This document shows, piece after piece, positions 31,093 to 41,665 of a stretch of DNA of 64,000 nucleotides. The DNA comes from Naegleria gruberi (taxonomy: Eukaryota), in NCBI GenBank assembly GCA_000004985.1, contig GG738895.1. The stretch is one strand, 5' to 3'. The notes beneath the pieces were generated by a model. The model saw only the letters and a program-made list of their open reading frames with translations, ran no database searches and was not told the DNA's origin. Within the stretch, counting starts at the first letter, position 1, and the number at the start of each line of letters is the position of its first letter. The position numbers and the translations under genes were made by a program.

Positions 31093-32251
31093 ATGGCCCC
31101 TACAAAGGAAAATAATTGGGCAGGCGTTGATCCAAGCCTTCTCAACCAAAAAGATTACTTGTGGACCAAGACTGATGAACCTCATTGGAATAGAAAGAAG
31201 GAATTGTTGAAGAAGTATCCACAAATCAAGGAACTCTACAGTATTGATCCAATGACCAAGTGGAAGATTCTCCTCCTTGTTCTTATCCAATTTGCCACTT
31301 GTTATTATGTAGTAACTGCTAAACCTGCTTGGTACATTGTCCTTGCTTGTATGTGGGTTATTGGTGGTACTTGTAACACTAGTTTGACTGTTGGTATCCA
31401 CGAATTGACTCATGGTATGTTTGATCATTATTCTTTATTGTTAAATTTTAAAAATCATATGCATAATTATTCAATTTAATTATCTAATCTTTCAGGTGTT
31501 GGATTTGAAACTTTGGAATACAATTACATGATGGCAATTTTTGGTAACCTTCCACTTGCTGTTCCTTTTGCCATGTCCTTCAAACGTTACCATCATGAAC
31601 ACCACGTTTATCAAGGAGTTTTGGGTCTTGATACCGACATCGGAACCCCTATAGAAGCAAAATTCTTCAACACTCGTTACACTAAATTCCTCCACGTTCT
31701 CTTCATGGTCTTTTTCTATGCTTTGAGACCATTGTTCCTCCTCCCAAAAATTCCAAACAAGTGGGAATTAATTAACCAAGCTGTTATTTTCTCATTCGTC
31801 GGTGTTGTAACCTATTTCTTCGGTTGGATGTCTATCATCTATTTCTTGGGCTCTGACTTTTTCGGATTGGGTTTGCACCCATTGGCTGGTCACTTTATTT
31901 CTGAAGTAAGTTTTTCATCATGATGATAGTAATATTTACAACAATTATTAGCACTTTGTGACAAGACCAGGACAAGAAACATACAGTTATTATGGTATTG
32001 GTAACTTGTTCATGTTCAATGTTGGTTATCACAATGAACATCACGATTTCCCAAAGATTCCAGGTTGCAATCTTCCAAAGTTGAAGGAAATTGCTCCTGA
32101 ATATTATAACAATTTGAAGGTTACTGAATCTTGGACTTATGCTCTCTGGGAATATATTACAACTGATGGTTATACTCCATTCAACAGAGTTGCCAGAACC
32201 CACGAAGATCACAAGAATGCTAGAAAGAATGACTCCAAGAAGGATCAATAA
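31093..32251 (+). CDS. DEGS1: Sphingolipid delta4-desaturase (dihydroceramide desaturase, DEGS/DES1 family), three exons: 31093-31414, 31496-31905, 31952-32251
   Basis: Histidine boxes HELTHG (exon 1/2 junction), HHEHH and HNEHHDFP. Characteristic ETYSYYG, FNVGYHNEHHDFP, IPGxxLP and EYY motifs. Introns: 31415-31495 (GTATGT...TTTCAG) and 31906-31951 (GTAAGT...ATTAG), both restoring a colinear DEGS reading frame. Confidence 0.85.
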
Positions 32252-32390
32252 TTTAATTCATCACACAGTTTTATTGTCACATTTTGAGAGGGTTGAATAA
32301 AACTTGCAGCCAATTTACTTTTTAACCATATAGTACTTCTCGTTATCTTTAAATAAAGAAATAATGTACCTATTTTGATAACTCAAAAAA

Positions 32391-33842
32391 ATGCACAATA
32401 GAAAACAAGGAGAATCACATGATATCTTTCATGACAATCTCTCATCCTCTTCACCACCAACAAATATTAGTAAATCTGCTCATCCCTCCGAAATATTAGA
32501 GAATCAAGTAGACAATTCATCAGCTAAATTTAATTTACATGGCGAAACTGATTTGAATACAACAAGCAAAACAACTAGTTGCTGCTTTTGTTGTTCGTGT
32601 TCTCCCTTCGGGATGAGAATGATTCGAGCGGCTTCATTGATGGGATTACTTTTACTAATAATTGCCTTCTTTGTGTGGGCTTTACCCTTGTTGCGATTGG
32701 TTTATTGGAATTCGAAACACTTCTCTCAGACTGGATTGAGAATATTAGAGGCAAATTCAAAAATTAGTCCTCTGGAGGAACGAAATCTTGTAGAAAAAGT
32801 GGAAAAGGAGAGTGGAATTCATTTAATTAATAGGAAAGGATTGGAATTATTTGGATTGGAATCATCTGAAATTCTGAAAGATTTCTCAGTATTGTATCAA
32901 TTGAAAATTGTCATGCAAGAGAGAAGGATTGGGGATAAGCTATTTCCAATTATTGATGACATTATTGAGAATTTCTATAAAAAATTATTGATTAGACCAA
33001 GTACCATCACCAGATCCATTCATCAAACTTACAAGACAAAGGATTTAAATTTAATGCCAGAGCACTGGAAGGATTCTCCAGAAAGGTGGGTCCAATACAA
33101 AGACTTGTATGTCAATGATTATTTGGATGATAAGATTGATCCAGATTTGAGAAGGGAGGTTTCTGTTACATATAATTACAATTTATGGATTGATGAGGAG
33201 ATGGATCAATTTGTTCAATCAAGTGATTGGAAGTCAGTCTCAGAATTTAATGAGAATTATTATGACTCATTCTTTAAGAGCATTCCAATGAAAATTCAAA
33301 AGATTGATGCTATTAGATATTGTTGGCTTTCTAGAATTGGAGGTATATACAGTGATTTAGATGTTAGACCGATAAGGGATATTGAAGAGCTATTAAGATA
33401 TTTGGAACTCTACCATATCATTGAAGCATTCAAACAAAAGAATTCTAATCAAGTTTTAACATTGAAGGAAAAGTTCCACAAAATGGTTCAATACCTCAAA
33501 GATTCATTAGAAACAGGATCCAATGAATCAAAATTTGAGCCAGAATGGCAGAGTATTCAGATAGAGTTTCAGAGAATTGCAAAAATGAAACCAAAATTTT
33601 CAGCAGTAGTTCCAAAAACATATCCATTCGGAATTTCTAATGATTTTTTGATTGGGGCACGCAATTCTGAATTCTTCCAATTTGTGGTTCAGAGATCAGT
33701 GGCTGAGTTTTCTAGATGGAAGTTATTAAGCTACATTCCAATAGCTAGATATGCCTATGTTATGTTAACAGGAGGTCCACTTTTCCTCTCAGAATGTTAC
33801 AGACAGTTCACGTTAGAAAAGGCAAAGAAATGTAAGTATTGA
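32391..33842 (+). CDS. Type II membrane glycosyltransferase, GT32-like (DXD sugar-binding region; OCH1 / inositol-phosphoceramide mannosyltransferase-like)
   Basis: N-terminal signal-anchor LMGLLLLIIAFFVWALPLL. Motif KIDAIRYCWLSRIGGIYSDLDV matches the GT32 'Gly_transf_sug' region (SDxxRxxxLxxxGGxYxDxD). ATG at 32391. Only 139 bp downstream of the desaturase, same strand. Confidence 0.5.
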   Translation: MHNRKQGESHDIFHDNLSSSSPPTNISKSAHPSEILENQVDNSSAKFNLHGETDLNTTSKTTSCCFCCSCSPFGMRMIRAASLMGLLLLIIAFFVWALPLLRLVYWNSKHFSQTGLRILEANSKISPLEERNLVEKVEKESGIHLINRKGLELFGLESSEILKDFSVLYQLKIVMQERRIGDKLFPIIDDIIENFYKKLLIRPSTITRSIHQTYKTKDLNLMPEHWKDSPERWVQYKDLYVNDYLDDKIDPDLRREVSVTYNYNLWIDEEMDQFVQSSDWKSVSEFNENYYDSFFKSIPMKIQKIDAIRYCWLSRIGGIYSDLDVRPIRDIEELLRYLELYHIIEAFKQKNSNQVLTLKEKFHKMVQYLKDSLETGSNESKFEPEWQSIQIEFQRIAKMKPKFSAVVPKTYPFGISNDFLIGARNSEFFQFVVQRSVAEFSRWKLLSYIPIARYAYVMLTGGPLFLSECYRQFTLEKAKKCKY

Positions 33843-34454
33843 AATGATTGCTGCAACCTCATATTTGAATAATTAAATAATAGATCAAAGAGACGGAATT
33901 GAGATAACTGGAAATGTTGCACTTATGGATTTATCAATTTATGGATCGCAACAATCATCATTTCTTGCCCATACTAAAGGCAATTCATGGCATACTTTTG
34001 AGGCACAATTTATTCTTGATTTTTGGCAGCAATTAAAGGGAACAAGCTATTCAAAATTGGGATTATATACATTAACATTAATTTTCTCAGTTATTGGACT
34101 CATTTTATTAATTAAATATATTTTCATGAGGGCAAGACAAATGAAGAGGAATGAGGAAAACGTTTGATTTATTTAATGGATGATAGTTATAGGTTTTCGT
34201 ATGAGGTCATAAGCTGTTGATGGTTTTAAGAACAACGTTCTCTTAATGAACAAGATCAAGGTTACAAATGATACACCCAAGCACAGCTCAATAATGAAAA
34301 ATTACAGAAAATACAATCCTTTAGATTCACCACTACCACTCAATTGATAAAATCCGATTTTAAGATCCTTAATTGAAATTAAACCAATAATAACGATCAG
34401 TAGAGTATGTTGAGGCATTACGCCCTATAACCATGATATTTCTCAAATTCAGAT

Positions 34455-34572
34455 GGCTACGGCCATATCACGATGAGTGCACCTCATCCCGTCCGATTTG
34501 AGAAGTTAAGCATCGTCGAGCCACATCAGTACTGAGGTTGGAGACAACTTGGGAACCTGTGGTGCTGTAGTC
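34455..34572 (+). rRNA. 5S ribosomal RNA gene
   Basis: GGCTACGGCCATATCAC...CCCGTCCGATTTGAGAAGTTAAGC...GTCGAGCC...AGTACTGAGGTTGGAGACAACTTGGGAACCTGTGGTGCTGTAGTC is colinear with eukaryotic 5S consensus (box A/IE/C regions). Terminal helix pairs. Followed by TTTTT at 34573-34577. Confidence 0.85.
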
Positions 34573-34577
34573 TTTTT
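34573..34577 (+). terminator. Pol III oligo-T terminator of the 5S rRNA gene
   Basis: TTTTT immediately after the 5S 3' end. Confidence 0.6.
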
Positions 34578-35448
34578 GTTTTAATTAGTTGTTCACGTAA
34601 TTTTCTATTACTAACATCGAGAAGTCATACCAGATGAGCAAGGCAATTTCCAGATTCAAATTGATTTCTTGATCACTGAATTGTCCTTCAAGGTAAGTTT
34701 GAAGAAAGCAAAGTGTGCAATTTCAAACAAATCTTAAAATATTTCTAGATGTATGGCTTTTGAAACCTGAATTATAATCGTTGTTTGTTTTTTTATGATA
34801 CAGTTGTACAGGAACCAAAACACAAATCGAAAAAAATGTTATATTTCAACTTTTAAATAATTCAGAATTGAAATAGATGAAGTTTCAATTTCGATTTGAT
34901 TAAGAAAATATCAAACCAAAATTTAGATCAAGCAATTCAACATGGCAAATGTTCAATAAATACGAGGTTGATCAACCGAATCAGTTTCTTCAAACAAAAC
35001 CTGAACCAACAAGATTCTGTCTTCGTTGCCTTCACTGTTCATACAGTCAAAGACTGTAGCGGGATTGTCGCCATATTCCTGGCAGGCTTCCCGTCTAATC
35101 TACCAATTGAAATATTACTTTGATTTGAACATCATTTCGTATGAAAAAATTATACAGACATTGATTAAGAAATAAAGTTAAAGTAAACTCACAATCAAAA
35201 CCCAATCTTTGCAATGAATCCTCGATCCATGGGAAGTCAGATTTTGTTCATTGGTGGGAGATTTGAAGAGGCAATTCAATATTGAACAATATTTTTAAGG
35301 AAAATGGGAGTGTCAAATCTTTGATTATTTTCTCGGTGGTTTTAAGATATGAAACTTTGAAAATTGCTATTTAGCTAGATTACATATCATTGCTCCAAGT
35401 GATGAAAAAAAGTAAAACTCAAATGTTGGAGATAGAGGCAAAATTAAT

Positions 35449-35519
35449 CTCGAGTGCCGGGAATTGAACCCGGGTCGCCAGAGTGACAGTCTGGAATGCT
35501 ACCACTATACCACACCCGA
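35449..35519 (-). tRNA. tRNA-Asp (anticodon GTC)
   Basis: Reverse complement reads TCGGGTGTGGTATAGTGGTAGCATTCCAGACTGTCACTCTGGCGACCCGGGTTCAATTCCCGGCACTCGAG. Acceptor pairs, anticodon loop CTGTCAC. T-run (AATTTTG) downstream on the minus strand. Confidence 0.85.
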
Positions 35520-35636
35520 TTACATTAGAAATCTTATGATCCCTTAACTCGCCTTAGTATAACGTCCTCACGGGCATTGGTTGATAAAGCATAACAATTA
35601 GATGTCAGGCAGAAAATTGTGGTTTATTCTAATGAG

Positions 35637-37322
35637 TTATTTCCAAGTCAATTTTTGATATTTAAGGGATAATTGTTCAATTCTCTGTTCTAACTGAGTG
35701 ATTTGTGACCAGTAGATGTATGGATTTGACTCTGGATTGTCAGTAATCCAATCTAACAAGCTTTGATACTCTAGCATACAAATGTCAAAAGCTGCTTTCT
35801 TATTTTCAGATTGTTCGATTAGAGATTCATGAGCTAACAACCATGCATATCTCAAATCTATATCAGAATTAGGTTCCTTAACATATGGTTCCATTCTTCT
35901 TATGGCCTCTTGTGCTTTTCCTGAGAGTCTTAGAGAATTGGCCATTACAATGATGCATTCCCTTAATTGGTATTCTGTCAAAACAAAGTTGACAGCCAAT
36001 AATTTTTCAATATTGAATAATGCAGTGCCATAATCTTCCAACAAGATGTGAACTTTTGCCTTATTGATCAAATTAACAATATTGTGTTGGGGAATTTTGC
36101 TGCCCTTTTCAGATAATTCTAAATATTTCTTCGATTCCTCAATGAATTCAACAAATTCGGAGCTCGAATTTCTAGTACTTTGAACAAGAGAAGCAGCATG
36201 CAACAACACACTACCTTTCAAAATAAAATAATCAGAAAAACAAAGTGGAAAGTTATCACTGTTCCTATTTCTCAGATTATCAAAAATTTCAGTAATTCTT
36301 TCGATATTCCTCTTGGTTTCCTCCATATTGTCGGGATACAAGTTATGGGTGCACTCTTTCAATATGAAACCTTTCGCATACACGTTGTTTTGGTCTAGCT
36401 CAATTGCCTTTTTGAGCAGAGTTTCGGCTTGTGTGTAATTACCTTCAACAATATCAATGACAGCCCTTACTAGTTCAATACATGAATTAATCTTGATATC
36501 CATTCCAGTCTCCAAATCAAACAGAGTATCATCCTTATTCAATAAACTCCATTCATTATGCTTTTGACAAATATTCTTCATGAGAATGGTCTCTTCCCTG
36601 CTTAATAGCTTCATTGCAAGTCCATAATTTGCAAAATAGAAAACTGATTCGAACAATTCTTTTTCCAAAGTCTCATCAACTGCATTATCAATTTCTTTCT
36701 TAAATTCAATAATTTCTAAATTCAATGAAACATATTCAGTCAAATATTTCTTTAACAAGTGACAAGAATAGAGATTGGAAGCATATTCTTTCAGAAGTGG
36801 ATTAGTTTTAAACGCATTAAATACATAATCAAACAACCATTCTTCATTATCTTTCAAAATATCACTTTTCAATTGTTTTTTAATCGTATCAATCAGGAAA
36901 CTTGGAATTCCATAAAAAATTCCCTCTTTTGTTTCCTTATTTTTAATTAATAATGATAAAAATTCATCTGTTGCATTGTTAGTTTGTTTTCCTTTCACAA
37001 TATTTTCAATTTCCAATTTGATTTGTTTTTTGTAATCTAATAAAGACTTGGTTGACTTGAACGGATTTTCATTTTGATTGAATTCTTGTCCAATTAAACC
37101 TCCATTAATTTGCTTGTCTTTGATATTTTCTAAACCACCCGAACAAATACGAAACCTATTTTCCAACTCCAACTTATTCGAATCTTCATTTCTATGAAAA
37201 AGTGCAATGTGAAATTGCTCATTGTAACATCCCAGTTTTGCCAATGCTACAAAATAGTTAACTCGTGTTGATTGCACTTTAAATAAGTTTCGTCTCTGAA
37301 GGAGCGTTCTTCTAATGAACAT
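35637..37322 (-). CDS. Hypothetical alpha-helical repeat (TPR-like) protein, 561 aa
   Basis: Intronless ORF with ATG at 37322. Helical-repeat composition (e.g. AETLLKKAIELDQNNVYAKGFIL). No specific family recognised. Confidence 0.45.
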   Translation of the reverse strand: MFIRRTLLQRRNLFKVQSTRVNYFVALAKLGCYNEQFHIALFHRNEDSNKLELENRFRICSGGLENIKDKQINGGLIGQEFNQNENPFKSTKSLLDYKKQIKLEIENIVKGKQTNNATDEFLSLLIKNKETKEGIFYGIPSFLIDTIKKQLKSDILKDNEEWLFDYVFNAFKTNPLLKEYASNLYSCHLLKKYLTEYVSLNLEIIEFKKEIDNAVDETLEKELFESVFYFANYGLAMKLLSREETILMKNICQKHNEWSLLNKDDTLFDLETGMDIKINSCIELVRAVIDIVEGNYTQAETLLKKAIELDQNNVYAKGFILKECTHNLYPDNMEETKRNIERITEIFDNLRNRNSDNFPLCFSDYFILKGSVLLHAASLVQSTRNSSSEFVEFIEESKKYLELSEKGSKIPQHNIVNLINKAKVHILLEDYGTALFNIEKLLAVNFVLTEYQLRECIIVMANSLRLSGKAQEAIRRMEPYVKEPNSDIDLRYAWLLAHESLIEQSENKKAAFDICMLEYQSLLDWITDNPESNPYIYWSQITQLEQRIEQLSLKYQKLTWK

Positions 37323-37732
37323 TTTTTTTTCTGTTTATTTTTCAATTCTCTAGTTCCACACAACTTCCAAACTTTCTTTACAAAAAATCAATCCACTATT
37401 AACCAACTAAATTTTTGTTAAAAATGGAAATTAGACCTATGCAGGCGTCTGAAGATTAACTTCACACATGATTTTAAGCAATTTGGAAACAACTTTTGTT
37501 TTAAAGTGAAACAATACAAGAATAAATCTTAAAACAAATCTTTTGATAATTTGGAAGCTGAAGATTAAGCCAACTTTGAAATCTTTTCAAATAACATCAA
37601 GTCTTTATTCAATAATTACCTGAGCCTTAAAATTTTCATCTCACCATCTATCAAACCAAACCCTAATTTCCATAATAGTCCAATCAACATGCCAAATTTC
37701 ATTTAAAAAAAAATACCCTGACAACCATTTTA

Positions 37733-39370
37733 ATGTCTTTGCTATCATCATATGAAACATCACCAAACATCACTACAGGTCAATCAATTTGTGATAAAAG
37801 ATTGCTAGAATTAGGTCAACTGAGCAGAGAAGGATACAATGCCACAATTACTAACAATATTTGTCCAGATAGTATTTTCACTCCGATATTTGCAAGTGGA
37901 ATTTTGATATTTTATATTGTTCTGGTTTGTTTTGGGGTGTTTGGAGTTTATTGGAAGAGAAATAGTGGACATGTCAAGGCACGTCATGCGACATTTATGA
38001 TTTTGACAATTGTTGCTAGTTTTATGTGTGTTTTGTTGACGTGTTTGAGATATATTGTGGGGAGGAAGGTGATGCCTTGTTTTTTGTATAGTATCTCTAT
38101 ATTTATTACGCCACCTGCCATTTGTCTGCCAACTGTTTTGAGATATGTCAGAACTTTCTTCTTGTATCGATTGAATTTGAAGAAAGCAGCAAATGTGAGA
38201 GCTAGCAAAGAGTTTTATATTCAAAAGAATACTGAACTAGAGAAGGAAGAAGTCAAAAGTCCAACTCGAGATGTCCAAGTTGATTTGACATTTAACAATG
38301 AAGAAAATAATAAGGAAAATAATGAATTGAATAAGGCTCAATCAGAACAAGAATTGAATATTACATCGAATAGTTCTGTGGAAAAGAGTGATATTGATTC
38401 GAATTCGGAAGGTTTAGACCAAGCTTACTTGGACTATTCTGAATCGGCCATGTTTTCCAAAAGTTTCAAAATTCTTAACTTTATTTTGAGTAACAAGTTT
38501 ATTGTACTGGTTTATATTCTCGCATTTGGATTTCATTTGGCTGTTTGGGCTATCTTTGGAGGTGTGGATGAGATTTTATGGAACACTTCAGGGAAACGAA
38601 TCTTCCTGTGGAGTGTGAGCATGTTTCAGTTTGATACTGGATGTGTAACAACTACGAATGGAGTAATTTTGATGGTTAGTGAGGCAGCTTTCTACATCAT
38701 TCTAGAGTTTGTCTTTTTTATTTTATTGTTTTTTGTGGATAGAGATACGTGGTCAATTAAGATTGAAGCAATTGTGATGATTATCATTCAGATTATATTG
38801 GCAGCTTCATTTCTTATAAGTGGACAAATTGAAGTGATTAGATTTTTCACAGATTACATAGTTCCATATGGATTTGCTGCATTATTGTATCCAATTTTGG
38901 AAATTTTAATTTCAGTCATTCTTCCAGTAATTTATGCCATCAGACAAGATAGAAAATCAATCACTCATGAAGGAAATCAAATGGAAATCCTCCTCAGAAA
39001 TAGAGAGACATTCTGGCTCATATTGGACTATGCAAGACGAAGTTATTGCCCCGAGAATATTCTTGCATATAAGGATATTGAGAATTTCAAAAAAATTTCA
39101 AAAAAGAATAGAAAGCAAGTTGCCCTCAAGATTATCAACACCTACTTGGTGCATGACTCTCCTCTGGAGCTTAACATTCCAAATGCCTCGACGAGATATC
39201 ATGAAATTAATACGTTTCTTACAGGACTAGTTGATGACAATGTGCCTTTAGATCTCTTTGATGATATCAAACTAGCTTGTCTGACAAATATGACAGACAT
39301 CTTTGAACGATTGAAATCTAGTAATTTGGAATTCAAACAAAAAGTTGAATCATTGAACAAAGGACAATAA
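37733..39370 (+). CDS. Seven-transmembrane protein with a C-terminal RGS (regulator of G-protein signalling) domain
   Basis: About 7 hydrophobic helices between aa 50 and 400. The C-terminal approximately 120 aa (FWLILDYARRSYCPENILAYKDIENFKKIS...ALKIINTYLVHDSPLELNIP...TRYHEINTFL...DLFDDIKLACLTNMTDIFERLKSS) follows the RGS helical pattern (FxxFLxxExxxENLxFWxxxxxFK...A..IYxxYL...SxxEVNI...). ATG at 37733. Confidence 0.6.
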   Translation: MSLLSSYETSPNITTGQSICDKRLLELGQLSREGYNATITNNICPDSIFTPIFASGILIFYIVLVCFGVFGVYWKRNSGHVKARHATFMILTIVASFMCVLLTCLRYIVGRKVMPCFLYSISIFITPPAICLPTVLRYVRTFFLYRLNLKKAANVRASKEFYIQKNTELEKEEVKSPTRDVQVDLTFNNEENNKENNELNKAQSEQELNITSNSSVEKSDIDSNSEGLDQAYLDYSESAMFSKSFKILNFILSNKFIVLVYILAFGFHLAVWAIFGGVDEILWNTSGKRIFLWSVSMFQFDTGCVTTTNGVILMVSEAAFYIILEFVFFILLFFVDRDTWSIKIEAIVMIIIQIILAASFLISGQIEVIRFFTDYIVPYGFAALLYPILEILISVILPVIYAIRQDRKSITHEGNQMEILLRNRETFWLILDYARRSYCPENILAYKDIENFKKISKKNRKQVALKIINTYLVHDSPLELNIPNASTRYHEINTFLTGLVDDNVPLDLFDDIKLACLTNMTDIFERLKSSNLEFKQKVESLNKGQ

Positions 39371-40032
39371 TCCTTTTGTTTTAAAATTAGTTGAATAATC
39401 TTTCGATATGTCATTGAAACTTACATGGATATTAATTGATAATGCGATGAATTTCCCGATCTCAATAGATTATTCAAACAATAATTTTAAAAAGAAAAGT
39501 TGGTTATTATTTACATTACACAATCTTGAGATATCTATAAACAACTGTCACGGTTGAGAAAATACCCATTCCAATAACGGCAATTTCAAATGGAGTTAAA
39601 ATTTTCTTAATATTTCTCAAATTATTGCAAGCAATCAAAAAGAGAGCTCTAAAGCTTCCATCATCAACTAGTTTAGGCTTTCTCCTTTCCTTTCCCCATT
39701 GGGAGTTTGTTGTTTCCACTGGCAAATTGTCTGCCTTCTTTTTAAAGAAAAATGTTCGTTTCTGTGGTTGTTGAATTGTGTTGTGTCTTGTGGTTGCAGC
39801 CAACTTGGAACTGTTTCTACTCTTCAGAGGACTATGTAATACTCCATGTATGAATGATGGGTGGGTAAATTTATGGGTGATTAAGGAAGAAGTAACAGCA
39901 GTGCACATTGTGTTTGGTCGTTTGATCATTTTTTTGTGTTTGACTTGTGTGGTTTTTTACTAAGTTTCGGCGAATCATGCACAAACATCCTTATTTGGGC
40001 TGGAAACAAGTTGAAAAGTGGCATAATAATAT

Positions 40033-40891
40033 TTATTGAATCCAGACAGAAGCAAGATATTGGAGAATGTCTAAAAATTCCTTATCACAACTGATAATGA
40101 TTGAAAGTGCCTTATCACTGTGGATGTGAAGTCTGGAAGCCATTTTCATTGCTCGGACTTCAAGTTTTTCTCTTTGTTGCTCATCAAGTTTGATTCCGAC
40201 AATTTGAGTATTCTTCTTTAAAGCTTCAGTGTATTGGTTACTGATTTCTATTAATTGTGAATAAAGGAAAAGTAAATAGTCACGAAGTAAAGTGGCCACA
40301 TGTTTAGCATCCTTAGAGTTTGAATCAGTATCTTTCCATTGAATTGGAAGAATTCCAGAATTATTAGAATCCATCAAGTGTTTAGAAAGGATCAAGATCT
40401 AGTGTTGTGTTACTACATTTCACAAAGATGAAATAATACATACATGATTAGAAGCCAGTGAGGCCAATTTAGCAAGAGATCTATAACATTCTGCCTTGCT
40501 CTTTTCCAATAAAATTGTTGAGGTTTGAAGCATTTCACTCACCTCTGTTGTAGAAGCAAGAACATCTTCCAAATTATTGTAGGCATTCTTAGAAAGCTCC
40601 ACAGAACTATTTGTCATTTCTATAACTTCCTTTCCAACTGGAAGATTAGCAATATATTGATAACTTGATTTCTTTTCTTCAACTTCCTTTGTACTAAATT
40701 GGGTTGATTCTATCATAATTTCTCTCAATTCTCTTAAAATTTCTAATAAAATTATTTTGATACTGTTCTAAACATAATAAAAACATACTTTCAATCTTTT
40801 CACGTTCTTGGTCAGTTCTTTCTTCCATATATTTCTCTAATTCTTGATTACAATTCTTGGCAAGAGCAGCAATTTCTTGAAGATGTTTCAA
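40033..40891 (-). other. Three short same-strand ORFs (40694-40891, 40420-40728, 40033-40395) encoding helical, charged peptides. Possibly unresolved exons of the 40964-41536 gene or of a separate gene.
   Basis: All three have TTG pseudo-starts in the ORF track and no in-frame ATG at their 5' ends. Their frames differ by 1 nt at the overlaps and no convincing short intron was found. Confidence 0.2.
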
Positions 40892-40963
40892 ACCTTCATA
40901 TTCAATAAATAATTCTTTAAAATTGACAAAAATGTGAATTCCATCATCAGACTACCAAATACA

Positions 40964-41536
40964 TTAGAATATTAAAATCGCACAAAAACCCACCTCCTCA
41001 GCATCATATAAAATCTTGCTAGCCTCTTCCAAAGTGTTTAGCACAGTTTTTCCGAATTGAGTTGCCAAGCCTTTCACAAATTTTAATTCAACAGTCTCAT
41101 CAACCAATTGTGATGTTTCTGCATAGACTGTACTTGTCACCCCTGAAATTGTACTAAAGAATGATTTGATTGTGCTTTCGGCATTCTTGAAAGAAGTTTC
41201 AATGGTTTTTTCTGTTTGTTCAATGAGAGAGGAAGTATTAGCCTCACCTCCATTATCATTAATTTCACCATTTTCTTCTTCAACTTGTTTTTCTTCGGTT
41301 GTTGTAGGAGTTGTTGATTCATCACCTTCTTCTTCTTCTACGAGCTTTTGTAATTGTTGTCCAAATTGATTGGTCTGTTGATTCATCACTCTCACAACAT
41401 TTCCTATTGTTGAACTCCACGATCCCCACCATGAGCCTTGATCCGATGATGATGATGCTTCTTCTTGTTGATCAGCTTCGACGGTGTTATCAGCTACTTG
41501 TTGATCAGTTGATTCATTGTTTGGTTGTTGACTCAT
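40964..41536 (-). CDS. Hypothetical acidic Ser/Thr/Glu-rich protein (190 aa) with a hydrophobic C-terminal tail. May continue into downstream exons.
   Basis: ATG at 41536 (MSQQPNNESTDQQ...). Low-complexity acidic N-terminus, a predicted helical middle and C-terminus ...EEVGFCAILIF. A GTGGGT donor near the 3' end could splice to the 40694-40891 ORF (phase 1), but the junction is weak. Confidence 0.4.
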   Translation of the reverse strand: MSQQPNNESTDQQVADNTVEADQQEEASSSSDQGSWWGSWSSTIGNVVRVMNQQTNQFGQQLQKLVEEEEGDESTTPTTTEEKQVEEENGEINDNGGEANTSSLIEQTEKTIETSFKNAESTIKSFFSTISGVTSTVYAETSQLVDETVELKFVKGLATQFGKTVLNTLEEASKILYDAEEVGFCAILIF

Positions 41537-41665
41537 TTTTTCTTTATGGATTTTGTGAGCAGGTTTAAATTGAGTTTATTTGAGGTTGGTTTGGTAACTT
41601 TAATGGAAAAAAAGCCTTCCGATTAATTATATTATTGAAATATGATGATACGTTAATATTTACAT

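Noticed and set aside
34590-34860. Possible small spliced gene or ncRNA after the 5S (contains TACTAAC and a GTAAGT site)
   Set aside because: Isolated consensus-like hexamers without a supporting ORF, conserved RNA structure or second splice site. Likely chance occurrences in AT-rich DNA.
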